Source: Fibrobacteria bacterium (GTDB lineage: Bacteria > Fibrobacterota > Fibrobacteria > UBA11236). Taken from it: a stretch of 64,000 nt of DNA. Under the pieces are notes generated by a model, which saw only the letters and a program-made list of their open reading frames with translations, had not been told where the DNA came from and did no database searches. The stretch lies in assembly GCA_039917895.1 (NCBI GenBank), contig JBDSIO010000219.1, forward strand, positions 78 to 64,077. Direction: 5' to 3'. Positions 40,846 through 49,993 of this stretch are shown here, one piece after another; the first letter of the stretch is position 1, and each line of letters begins with the position of its first letter. The position numbers and the translations under genes are program-made.

Positions 40846-41654
40846 TCCGCGCGCTCCTGGGCCCTGGGTTTCTGCCCCGTGAACCGGTAGAGGAATAGGA
40901 TGACGTCCCAGATTTCATCCTCGGAAAGGAATTTCTCCCAGGCCGGCATCGCCGAGGCCCAAGGAGTAGACTCTTCGGGAAGGCCCGGACCTCCCTTCGC
41001 GATGCGCCAGAAGAGGTAGGACTCCTGCAACATGGCGATGGTGGTGGGATCCTGGAAATTGGCGGGCAGGGGATCGAAGCCGTGGGAATGGATGCCGTCC
41101 CCTTTCAGGTTGTCCCCGTGGCAGAACACGCAGTTCCGGTAATACACCTTGCGGCCGTCCGCCACGTGCGCGTCGAAGGCCGCCGCATCCTTGTCCTCCA
41201 GCTCCCGAAAGGGATTCGACGCCGTGAGCAGGTTGATCTTCTTGCCCTTGAAATCCATCTCCCCCGGCGGGGCGGGATGGATGGTGCGCGCATTTGCCGG
41301 GGCCGCCACCTCCCGCGAGGCGTCTCGGTAGGCCGCGTAGCCGGCCAGCAAAGGGATGATCGCGGCCAAGGTCCAGAGCAACGGGGCGAAACGCCGTTCC
41401 GTAAAGAAGCGCAGCAGGGCAAGCGAAGCCGTGCGCAAGCGTCCCGAATCCGCCGAGAGATAGATGAGCAGCACGGCCGTGAGCACGGCCAGGTATAGGC
41501 CGATGATGGACGAAGGCAGCGGCGGCGTCAACGCGTAATTCAAGACCAGGAAGAATCCCGACCACCAGGCCCCCATCCAGACGAGGATGGGCGGCTTCAG
41601 GAAGCGCAGTCCTATCAGCACCAGCAGAACGGGCCCGAGTATCAGCAGGTTCAC
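40842..41654 (-). CDS. Polytopic membrane protein with a C-terminal monoheme cytochrome c domain
   Basis: Four predicted TM helices followed by CVFCH. Its start overlaps the upstream gene's stop and its stop overlaps the downstream gene's start. Confidence 0.6.
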   Translation of the reverse strand: MNLLILGPVLLVLIGLRFLKPPILVWMGAWWSGFFLVLNYALTPPLPSSIIGLYLAVLTAVLLIYLSADSGRLRTASLALLRFFTERRFAPLLWTLAAIIPLLAGYAAYRDASREVAAPANARTIHPAPPGEMDFKGKKINLLTASNPFRELEDKDAAAFDAHVADGRKVYYRNCVFCHGDNLKGDGIHSHGFDPLPANFQDPTTIAMLQESYLFWRIAKGGPGLPEESTPWASAMPAWEKFLSEDEIWDVILFLYRFTGQKPRAQERAE

Positions 41655-42469
41655 CGCTTCCCCCTTTGCGCGGAAAGGTACGCGACCATGGCCTTGATGT
41701 CCCCGGCGGAGGTCTTGTCGTAGAATCCCGATGCCTTGAGCGTATTGGCCATCAGGCCCTTGGGATATCCCTTGGGCGTTACCGCATCCGGATCCATGAT
41801 GGATTCGGAGATCAGGCTGGGTTTGAGACGCTTGCCGACATCGAAGAGACTGGGGCCCACCAGCTTGCCGGGCTGATCCAGCCTATGGCAACCGGCGCAT
41901 CCGTTAACGGTCAACAACTCCTTGGCGGTCCTGGGGACCGTGGTTGCCGCGGAAGCGGCCGGGGCGGCCGGACCATCATTTGCGACCGTACCGGAGGGCG
42001 AAAACGCGTGACGGGTCAGCATAGTGACGTTCGGCGTACCGCCCAGGCTTTGCAAGTAGGCGATCACGGCCATGATTTCCCCGTCGGAAAGATTGATGGG
42101 CGGCCCATGGATGGGGGGCATGCCGGGGCTGTAGCCTTCGACGATGAAAGCGTTGGGTTCGTAGATGGACTGGGCCAGGTACTCCACATCCGACATTCCC
42201 GGCCTTTGCTTGCCGGCGCGGGCGCCGATGCCGCCCAGATCCGGGAACCGCCCGGGCTTGTCCGATCCGATGGTATGGCAGCCCAGGCAGGTGCCCTTAC
42301 CGCCCACGATTTCCTGGCCGGCCTGGACCAGGTCATCCGTGGTCATGTCCGCACGTACCTCCAGATCCTTGGGAGGGTGGACCTCCTTCTGCGGGACCAT
42401 CTGCCCGATGTAGGCGTAGAACGCCGTGACCAGCACGGTGAAGAGGATGATCTTCAATACGTTGATCAT
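41651..42469 (-). CDS. Membrane-anchored diheme c-type cytochrome
   Basis: This is the real 272-aa gene embedded at the C-terminal end of the artifactual 695-aa track ORF. It starts MINVLKIILFTVLVTAFYAY (TM helix), then CLGCH and CAGCH. Its ATG at 42469 overlaps the upstream gene's TGA (ATGA). Confidence 0.6.
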   Translation of the reverse strand: MINVLKIILFTVLVTAFYAYIGQMVPQKEVHPPKDLEVRADMTTDDLVQAGQEIVGGKGTCLGCHTIGSDKPGRFPDLGGIGARAGKQRPGMSDVEYLAQSIYEPNAFIVEGYSPGMPPIHGPPINLSDGEIMAVIAYLQSLGGTPNVTMLTRHAFSPSGTVANDGPAAPAASAATTVPRTAKELLTVNGCAGCHRLDQPGKLVGPSLFDVGKRLKPSLISESIMDPDAVTPKGYPKGLMANTLKASGFYDKTSAGDIKAMVAYLSAQRGKR

Positions 42470-44520
42470 GGCGCCGCCTCCTTCCCCGTGTCCCAATCCT
42501 TGCGGCCCGAAAGGCTGGTGAGCCAGAAGACGATGGAGATGAAGGCGAAGAAGATCAGCACCGTCACCGACACCACGATGGAGGCGAACCCCAGGGTGGG
42601 CGTGAAGGCGTCGACGGATTCGTCCCGCATCACCCCGTAGACGTGCCAATGCTGGCGGATGCCGGAGCGGACGTAGCCCATCAGCCCCATCAGCCAGGTG
42701 AAGGTGATGGCGATGAGGATCAGCGCGTATTGCGAGCGCATCGGCATTTTCCCCCAGCGGATTTCGCCCGTGGTGCGCGCGTTGCGGAACATGAAAATGT
42801 CGATGACGGTCACGGAGATCATGGCCGTGAGCACCGAAGCGACCTGGGGGACGGAAAGCCGGATGCGCACCTTGGCTTCCACGAAATAGCCCAGCACGCC
42901 CAGGGCGATCACAAAGAGCGCGGTGAGGGCGAAAATCAGGAACTGGGCCAGGTTGCCTTTGGCGGCCCAAGGCGCGATGGATCGCTTGTTGCCCCGGCGG
43001 TAGAGCAGGAAGCTGACATAGGTGGTCAGGATCAGGATGTTCACGGCGGTGTTCTTGGCCGACATCACTCCCAGCACGCCCAGGGCGGGATGATGCGCGC
43101 CGCCCATCTTGCGCGCCTCCTCCACGGTAGCCACCAGGGAATGCGGCGTCGCCCACACCAGGAAGCACACCGTGATCGAGCCCAGCAGCCATTTGATGAA
43201 CTTGCGGAAGCGTTCCGCCCCTTCGATGCGTTCCATGCCCAGCCACAGGTAATAGTTGGCGGCCAGGAACAGGGTGCCGATCAACACCGCCTGGATGATG
43301 AAAAGCCAGGAGAAAGCGCCGCCCATCAGGGTCATGCCCATGTTCTGGGAATAGGCGTAGATCTCCTTGCCCAGCCAATACCCCGCGAAAGGCAGCGGGA
43401 GCAGGGCGCTGATGGCGATGAAGTTTCCGATGTACCCCATCCAGTCGTAATGGGCCCGTTCCTCGTCCGTCTTGGCCCCCATGAACTTGAAAGCGCCGTA
43501 AGCTCCCGCGATGGATCCGCCGAAGGCGATATTGGCGATCAGACGATGCACGTTGATGGGCATCCAGGTGAAGTTGTGCACCGCCTGCCAGCGGTTGACC
43601 AGTTCGCCCGACTGGGTGATTCCATTGGGGGAATTCATGAAGGTGAGCCACGCATCCGCGATGCAGATGATGGCGACCCCGACCAGGTTGAGGCAGACGC
43701 CGAGGGCCAGGTGCACGCGCGGATGGAACTTTCCCCAACCGTAATAGTAGGCGTACATGAAGATGGCCTCGGCGAAGAACAGGGCTACATAAGGCATGAA
43801 GGTCCAGCTGAAGATGGAGACCAGGTAGGCGGTCAGTTTGGGATACAGAATCAGTAGCATAAAGGTGAGCATCGCGCCCAGGGAGGCCGTGAACGAAAAG
43901 GACGTGGACAGCAGCTTGGTGAATTCATGGGCGAGATGATCGTATTTGCGATCCTTGGTGCGGTACCCGATGTATTCGATGGTCAAGGCGAACATGGGCA
44001 CCGCCAGCACGAAGGCGGCGAACATCAAATGCAGCTGGGCCACGATCCAGATGGCCACGCGGCTGCCGATGACCGGGAACCTGCGGTAAGCGGGTTCGGA
44101 GCCGGGTTTGGTATTCGCGTAAACCTTGGGCGGCTGCGCAACCGGCGCGCCTGGAGCATGGGCCTTGAGTATCCAGGTCACGATGGTAGTGATGTCCTCG
44201 ATGGAAAGCGCGGGATGGGCCGGCATGGGCACGGCGCCCCAGGCCCCCGCGCCTCCGGCATGCACCTTTTCCGCCAATCGGGCGATGTCGGCCGTACCGT
44301 ATTTCGCCGCGATTTCCTTGAAGGCGGGTCCCACCACCTTATGGTCCGGCTGATGGCACACGAGGCAATCGCTCTGCTTCATCAATTCCTGGGCATTCTG
44401 GGCCTTCTGGGCCTTCACGGCCTCCTCACCCCCTGCCGGCGCGGCTCCGAGACACAGCAACGCCAACAGCGCCGCCAACCGCCAAGCAAAGCGTTTCCGG
44501 CGGATGATTCCCTGATCCAT
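42466..44520 (-). CDS. Cytochrome c551/c552-like domain fused to a cytochrome bd-like (CydA-related) polytopic membrane protein; putative novel terminal oxidase or quinol-interacting module
   Basis: 684 aa. Signal peptide. CLVCHQPDHKVVGPAFKEIAAKYG...IVTWIL is a class I cytochrome c domain. At least 12 TM helices follow, similar to the cytochrome bd subunit I family. It is the first gene of the array. Confidence 0.65.
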   Translation of the reverse strand: MDQGIIRRKRFAWRLAALLALLCLGAAPAGGEEAVKAQKAQNAQELMKQSDCLVCHQPDHKVVGPAFKEIAAKYGTADIARLAEKVHAGGAGAWGAVPMPAHPALSIEDITTIVTWILKAHAPGAPVAQPPKVYANTKPGSEPAYRRFPVIGSRVAIWIVAQLHLMFAAFVLAVPMFALTIEYIGYRTKDRKYDHLAHEFTKLLSTSFSFTASLGAMLTFMLLILYPKLTAYLVSIFSWTFMPYVALFFAEAIFMYAYYYGWGKFHPRVHLALGVCLNLVGVAIICIADAWLTFMNSPNGITQSGELVNRWQAVHNFTWMPINVHRLIANIAFGGSIAGAYGAFKFMGAKTDEERAHYDWMGYIGNFIAISALLPLPFAGYWLGKEIYAYSQNMGMTLMGGAFSWLFIIQAVLIGTLFLAANYYLWLGMERIEGAERFRKFIKWLLGSITVCFLVWATPHSLVATVEEARKMGGAHHPALGVLGVMSAKNTAVNILILTTYVSFLLYRRGNKRSIAPWAAKGNLAQFLIFALTALFVIALGVLGYFVEAKVRIRLSVPQVASVLTAMISVTVIDIFMFRNARTTGEIRWGKMPMRSQYALILIAITFTWLMGLMGYVRSGIRQHWHVYGVMRDESVDAFTPTLGFASIVVSVTVLIFFAFISIVFWLTSLSGRKDWDTGKEAAP

Positions 44521-44865
44521 GCTACCCCTCGATGCCTATGGGTTTTCCCGACCCAGGGAACCCCGCCCCACCGGCCGAACCCGCGCCTTGCGTTCAGAGT
44601 TGAGGCAAAGCAATTCGCGCACCATTCCGTGTAGGGGATCCACGTGCCGCCCAAAAACGGGATTCAGGGCGATGCTGGCAGCATGTCGCCGCAACCAGTC
44701 GGTCCTAGGTCGCGGAACCCTGTCAGAATGGCAACCCAGCTGCAAATTCGCGCATGCCCCTCACGGCAATCCCGGCTCGGGGACGGTTCGGAAGGACTGG
44801 CAAAACCCGCGCGCAAATTGTCAGGAGAAAATCGATGCTACCGCGATCCCGCCCTTGATACCTTT

Positions 44866-44920
44866 ATTGCAAGGCGGACCAAGTTGCAAGGCGGACCAAG
44901 TTGCAGGACCAAGTTGCAAA
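44866..44920. repeat. Direct repeat array, four copies of (A)AGTTGCA(A) / GGACCAAGTTGCA, in the divergent intergenic region
   Basis: The sequence reads tTTGCAAGGCGGACCAAGTTGCAAGGCGGACCAAGTTGCAGGACCAAGTTGCAAAACG. The TTGCA half-sites are spaced 17, 17 and 13 bp. The array lies upstream of nnrS and on the far side of the cyt c-bd-like operon promoter region. Confidence 0.5.
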
Positions 44921-46175
44921 ACGAACAACACAGGACGAACGGACGAAAATGATTCAGGCCCTCGCTTCTAAAACCGCCAAACCATCCGCCATCGATTGGC
45001 AAGGCCTCCGTCAGGAGCCCTACCGCCTGCTGTTCCCACTCGGCATCTCGCTCGCCGCCGTCGGTATCGGCCTATGGATCCCGTTCTACCTGTGGCCGGA
45101 AGCCGTCGGCTTTCCCGGCCAGGCGCATGCGGTCATCCTGATCCAGGGCTTTCTGTTGTGCTTCATCTTCGGCTTCCTGGGAACCATGATGCCGAAGGTG
45201 CTGGGTGTGCGTCCGCTCAACACCCCGCAATTCGCCATCTTCCCCATCGCCCTCGTCGGCCTCGCCGTCGCCTCCTTGGCCGGCGCCCCGCGCCTGGCCC
45301 AGATCCTGCATCTCTGCTTGCTAGCCAATTTCGCCGTTTTCATCGCCCTGCGGTTCCCGCGCCGAACTTCGAATCCGCCACCGGCATTCGCGTTCATCGC
45401 CGTGGCCATGCTCGCCGACATCGCGGGCACCCTCCTAAAGTTGGCGGCGCTCTCCGATCTGCTCGGGGCCACCGCCTCGCGGGCCGGCGCGCTCCTGCAA
45501 TACCAGGCCTTTCCCTTGCTTCTCATCCTGGGCGTGGGAGGCTTCCTGCTGCCGAAGCTGTTCGCCAACGGCCCCATCGATCCGGCCTCCTTGCGCGACT
45601 CCGCGGCTTCAGGACCGGGACGCCCGCTGGCGCTCGCGGCGCTCTTCCTGATCAGCTTCGGCGTGGAAATCCTTTCCCTGCATCGCGGGTACGGAGACGC
45701 CGGCTTGCGCGCGGCTTACGGCCTGCGGGCCGCGGTGTGGATCTGGTTCATCCTCCGCGACATCCGGATCCATAAAGTCCCCGGCAAGCTGCCGCTCTAT
45801 CTCTTCGGAGCCCGCGTTTCGCTCATCGTGATCGGAGCAGGACTGCTGCTGCCCGTTTTCCGCCCCGCCTATTTGCTGGCCTGGGAGCACGTGATCTTCC
45901 TTTCCGGATTCCTGCGGCTCACCCTGTCCATCGCTTCGCGCGTGGTTGCGGCCCATTCCGGCCGCCTGGAGATCCTGGGCCTGCACCGCAAGAAGGTGCG
46001 CGTCTACGGGATGCTGATCGTTTTTGCCATGTTCACGCGCATCGCATCCGACTTCTGGCCCAAAAGCCATTGGATGCATATCGCCATCGCCGCCGCCGTG
46101 GCCATGACCGCCATCGCGATCTGGTCCGGCATCTTCTTTCCCTTGTTGCGGGTGCATCCCGGCGGGAAGGTCTGA
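44901..46175 (+). CDS. nnrS: NnrS-family heme-copper membrane protein (NO-stress associated)
   Basis: About 400-aa polytopic membrane protein with NnrS-like conserved His positions. The alternative start at 44949 is plausible. Confidence 0.7.
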   Translation: MQDQVAKRTTQDERTKMIQALASKTAKPSAIDWQGLRQEPYRLLFPLGISLAAVGIGLWIPFYLWPEAVGFPGQAHAVILIQGFLLCFIFGFLGTMMPKVLGVRPLNTPQFAIFPIALVGLAVASLAGAPRLAQILHLCLLANFAVFIALRFPRRTSNPPPAFAFIAVAMLADIAGTLLKLAALSDLLGATASRAGALLQYQAFPLLLILGVGGFLLPKLFANGPIDPASLRDSAASGPGRPLALAALFLISFGVEILSLHRGYGDAGLRAAYGLRAAVWIWFILRDIRIHKVPGKLPLYLFGARVSLIVIGAGLLLPVFRPAYLLAWEHVIFLSGFLRLTLSIASRVVAAHSGRLEILGLHRKKVRVYGMLIVFAMFTRIASDFWPKSHWMHIAIAAAVAMTAIAIWSGIFFPLLRVHPGGKV

Positions 46176-46180
46176 GCACG

Positions 46181-46250
46181 CACCTCAATCATCCTCCATC
46201 ATCCTCAATCGTCCTCAATCGTCCTCAATCGTCCTCAATCGACCTCAATC
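46181..46250. repeat. Seven tandem 10-bp units (TCCTCAATCG and variants) in the 5' leader of nrdJ
   Basis: acctcaatca tcctccatca tcctcaatcg (x4) acctcaatca, between the nnrS stop (46175) and the nrdJ start (46263). Confidence 0.55.
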
Positions 46251-46262
46251 AAAAGGAACGGC

Positions 46263-49200
46263 ATGAAGTTCACCAGGCGGTTCACGGCAGAGGGATCCGA
46301 CCCCTACGACGCATTCCAATATGAAACCCGGACCTCCAGGATCCGCGGCGCGGGCCAGAGCGAAGCGCTCGAGGTGGAGGTTCCGAAGACCTGGTCCCAG
46401 ACCGCGGCGGACATCCTCGCCCAGAAATACCTGCGGCGCAAGGACGCGGAGGGACGCCCGGGAGAGAATTCGGTGAAGCAAGCCGTGGACCGGCTGGCGG
46501 GATGCTGGACGCATTGGGGCGCGAAGCTGGGATACTTCGATACCCCGGCCGATGAACGCGCATTCCATGATGAAACAGTGCACATGCTGCTCGCGCAGAT
46601 GGCCGCCCCGAATTCACCGCAATGGTTCAACACCGGCCTGCATTGGAAGTACGGAATTACCGGCGGAGCGCAAGGGCACTACTACGTGGACCCGGCGGAT
46701 GGCTTCGTGAAGGCGTCCGCCGACGCCTACTCCCGGCCGCAACCGCATGCTTGCTTCATCCAATCGGTCGAGGACGATCTGCTCGGCGCCAACGGACTCT
46801 ATGGATTGCTCGCCAAGGAAGGCCGGATCTTCAAATACGGTTCTGGGACCGGAACCAATTTCAGCGCCATCCGGGCCGCGGGCGAACCGCTCATGGGGGG
46901 CGGGAATTCGTCGGGCCTCATGTCCTTCCTCAAGGTGTTCGATCGCGCCGCCGGCGCCATCAAATCGGGAGGCACCACGCGTCGCGCCGCCAAGATGGTC
47001 TGCCTGGATCTGGATCATCCCGAGATCGAGGATTTCATCGCCTGGAAAAGCCGCGAAGAGGCCAAGGTGGCGGCCCTCGTGGCCGGTTCCAGACTTATCC
47101 GTTCGCAAATGCGCGAGTCCAAGGTCACGGCGGACGGCCGCGCCCCCGTGGGCGCCGTCGGAACGGAGGGAGCCCCCGGAATATCGGGAATCGCGGGAAC
47201 GGAATTCATCCCCGAAGGCCTCCTACAACGCAACGCCTCCCTGATCGCACAAGGTTTGGTTCCGCCGGTGATGGACGAATTCGATTCCGGGTTCGAAGGC
47301 GAAGCCTACGCCACCGTCAGCGGCCAGAACTCCAACAACTCCGTACGCGTTCCCGACGCCTTCCTCACCGCCGCCCTGGAAGACGGGGACTGGAACCTCA
47401 CCGCGCGCACCGACGGCAAGGTGATGAAAACCGTAAAGGCCCGGGCCCTGCTCGACAAGGTTTCGCTGGCGGCCTGGGAAAGCGCCGACCCGGGGGTGCA
47501 GTTCAGCGACACCATCAACCAATGGCATACCTGCCCGGCGGACGGCCCCATCCGCGCCTCGAATCCCTGCTCCGAATACATGTTCCTGGACGACACGGCC
47601 TGCAACCTGGCCAGCCTGAACCTGGTGCGCTTCCAGGACGCGGACGGCAACCTCAAGATCGAGGACTTCCGCCACGCCATCCGCATCTGGACCGTGATCC
47701 TGGACATCTCCGTGGGCATGGCGCAATTCCCTTCCCCGGAGATCGCCCGCCGCACCCATGACTTCCGCACCCTGGGATTGGGCTACGCCAATCTGGGCGC
47801 GTTCCTCATGCGCGCGGGCATTCCCTATGACAGCGCGCGCGCCGCCGCCTGGACCGGGGGCATCACCGCCATCCTGGGCGGAACGGCTTATGCCGCGTCG
47901 GCTGAGCTGGCGAAGGCGTTGGGGTCTTTCCCACGCTTCGAACCCAACCGCGCGGACATGCTGCGGGTCATCCGCAATCACAACCGCGCCGCGTTGGGCG
48001 AAAAAGGAGGTTTCGAGGGTCTGACGACGGAACCCCTGGGTCTGGACCCGGATTCGTGCCCGGCCGACCTGGCCGCGGCGGCCCGGGACGCCTGGGGAGA
48101 TGCCCTGGCGGCGGGGGAAACCCACGGGTACCGTAATGCTCAGGTTACCGTGCTGGCGCCGACAGGAACCATCGGGCTGGTAATGGATTGCGACACCACC
48201 GGCATCGAACCGGATTTCTCCCTGGTCAAGTTCAAGAAACTGTCCGGGGGCGGCATGCTGAAGATCGTGAACCGCTCCTTGCCGGTCGCCTTGCGCCGTC
48301 TCGGCTACGACTCCCGTCAGGCCTCCGCCATCGTAGCCTATTGCCTGGGTTCGGGCACGCTGGAAGGCGCGCCCTACATCGACGCCCCGACGCTGGCCCT
48401 TCGCGGCTTCCCCGCCGACCGCATCGCCGCCGTCGAGCAGGCGCTGGGGCGCAGCCTTTCCCTGCAGGACGCGTTCTCCCCTTACGTGCTCGGAGAGGAT
48501 TTCCTCAAGTCCCTCGGCATCCCCGCGTCCGAGGTCGCGGCCGGCGGCCAGGAGATCCTTGAGGACCTGGGATTCTCCGCCGCCGAAATCGATCTCGCCG
48601 ACCGCGTCATCTGCGGCAGCCAGACCGTGGAAGGCGCGCCTTTCCTGGAACCGGAACATTACGCGGTCTTCGACTGCGCCAATCCCTGCGGGCGCGGCAC
48701 CCGTTGCGTCTCCCCCGCCGGGCATCTCAACATCATGGCCTCGGCCCAGCCCTTCCTGAGCGGCGCCATCTCCAAAACCGTGAACCTGCCGGCGGAAGCG
48801 TCCGTGGCTGATGTGGAAGGCGTCTATCTCGCCGCCTGGCGCATGATGATCAAAGCCGTGGCCGTCTACCGGGACGGAAGCAAATTGTCGCAGCCCCTCA
48901 ACTCCAAGGTCCGCAAACAGGAAGCCGCCCCCGCGATCCATCGCAAGGAGGCGGGTTGCGCGGCCGTCGGCCGTCCGCAGCCCGCCCAGAAGGCACCGGG
49001 GGCCTCCGGGGCTCCCGCCGCCACACTCGCCGCCTCTCTCGCCACAATCACCCCATCGGCCCTCACCCAGGCCCCTTCGCCCGCTCCGGCCCCCGCGCCG
49101 CAACCCGCGCTCCAGTCTCCCTGCCGGCCCGCGGTGCGCATCCGCTTGCCCACCCGCCGCGGTGGCTATGTGCAGGAGGCGACCATCTCCGGCCACAAGG

Positions 49201-49742
49201 TGTTCCTGCGCACGGGCGAATACCCGGACGGCACCCTGGGCGAGATCTTCATCGACATGTACAAGGAAGGCGCGGCCTACCGGGGTATCCTCAACTGTTT
49301 CGCCGTGCTCACCTCCAAGGCCCTGCAATACGGAGTGCCGCTGGAGGAGCTGGTCGACACGTTCACGTTCACGCGCTTTGAACCCGCGGGTCCGGTGGAG
49401 GGCCATGACAACATCAAGCAGTGCACGTCCATCCTCGATTTGATCTTCCGCGCCTTGGGGTCGACCTATCTGGGCAAGACCGATTTCCTGCATATCAAGC
49501 CAGTGGACGTGCGCGGACCTGCCGCCTCCGTTCCCGCGGAAGTTCCGCTGTCCCATCCCGCGCCGGTCATGGCCATGGAAGCAGCCGCTGTGCGGGGCGG
49601 GGAAGGTTCCTTGGCGAAGGATCAGGCGAGGAAGGCGGGCTATACCGGGGAGAGCTGCAGTTCCTGTGGGTCGGTGCGGGTGAGGCGGAATGGCACTTGC
49701 GTGGTGTGTGAGGATTGCGGCACCACGAGCGGGTGCTCGTGA
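46263..49742 (+). CDS. nrdJ: Adenosylcobalamin-dependent (class II) ribonucleotide reductase NrdJ, long form with a C-terminal zinc ribbon
   Basis: N-terminal RNR ATP-cone-less class II fold. Catalytic region ...NPCSEYMFLDDTACNLASLNL.... C-terminal CSSCGSVRVRRNGTCVVCEDCG ribbon. Confidence 0.9.
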   Translation: MKFTRRFTAEGSDPYDAFQYETRTSRIRGAGQSEALEVEVPKTWSQTAADILAQKYLRRKDAEGRPGENSVKQAVDRLAGCWTHWGAKLGYFDTPADERAFHDETVHMLLAQMAAPNSPQWFNTGLHWKYGITGGAQGHYYVDPADGFVKASADAYSRPQPHACFIQSVEDDLLGANGLYGLLAKEGRIFKYGSGTGTNFSAIRAAGEPLMGGGNSSGLMSFLKVFDRAAGAIKSGGTTRRAAKMVCLDLDHPEIEDFIAWKSREEAKVAALVAGSRLIRSQMRESKVTADGRAPVGAVGTEGAPGISGIAGTEFIPEGLLQRNASLIAQGLVPPVMDEFDSGFEGEAYATVSGQNSNNSVRVPDAFLTAALEDGDWNLTARTDGKVMKTVKARALLDKVSLAAWESADPGVQFSDTINQWHTCPADGPIRASNPCSEYMFLDDTACNLASLNLVRFQDADGNLKIEDFRHAIRIWTVILDISVGMAQFPSPEIARRTHDFRTLGLGYANLGAFLMRAGIPYDSARAAAWTGGITAILGGTAYAASAELAKALGSFPRFEPNRADMLRVIRNHNRAALGEKGGFEGLTTEPLGLDPDSCPADLAAAARDAWGDALAAGETHGYRNAQVTVLAPTGTIGLVMDCDTTGIEPDFSLVKFKKLSGGGMLKIVNRSLPVALRRLGYDSRQASAIVAYCLGSGTLEGAPYIDAPTLALRGFPADRIAAVEQALGRSLSLQDAFSPYVLGEDFLKSLGIPASEVAAGGQEILEDLGFSAAEIDLADRVICGSQTVEGAPFLEPEHYAVFDCANPCGRGTRCVSPAGHLNIMASAQPFLSGAISKTVNLPAEASVADVEGVYLAAWRMMIKAVAVYRDGSKLSQPLNSKVRKQEAAPAIHRKEAGCAAVGRPQPAQKAPGASGAPAATLAASLATITPSALTQAPSPAPAPAPQPALQSPCRPAVRIRLPTRRGGYVQEATISGHKVFLRTGEYPDGTLGEIFIDMYKEGAAYRGILNCFAVLTSKALQYGVPLEELVDTFTFTRFEPAGPVEGHDNIKQCTSILDLIFRALGSTYLGKTDFLHIKPVDVRGPAASVPAEVPLSHPAPVMAMEAAAVRGGEGSLAKDQARKAGYTGESCSSCGSVRVRRNGTCVVCEDCGTTSGCS

Positions 49743-49993
49743 TCGGATGCCTTAAGGAAACTTCAAGGATTGTGAGGCATCCTTCGCATACCAACCGAGT
49801 TCCGGGTCGACTTTCGCCGAGAAAATCGCATTCCAATGTTCTTTTGGGGTGGCCACATTGATCTCCGATAAAAAATCTTGGCTTTCGGGTTTCTTGATTG
49901 GAAAGATACAGGCTCTCTGCCTGGATTCCCGGGACACGGCTTTCGCTTACAAACCTGTAACCGGAGCACATGCCTTTTCCCGGCATCCAGGCG

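Noticed and set aside
42470-43738. Upstream 420 codons of the 695-aa track ORF 41651..43738
   Set aside because: This portion is an Arg/Pro/Gly-rich alternate frame over the bd-like gene. Only the last 272 codons (MINVLK... with two CxxCH) form a real gene, and that gene starts exactly at the ATGA overlap with the upstream gene.
44866-46250. Short direct repeats considered as a CRISPR array
   Set aside because: The units are 10-13 bp with no spacers of unique sequence and no cas genes nearby. They are simple tandem repeats, not CRISPR.
47223-49556. 777-aa minus-strand ORF
   Set aside because: Antisense to nrdJ.
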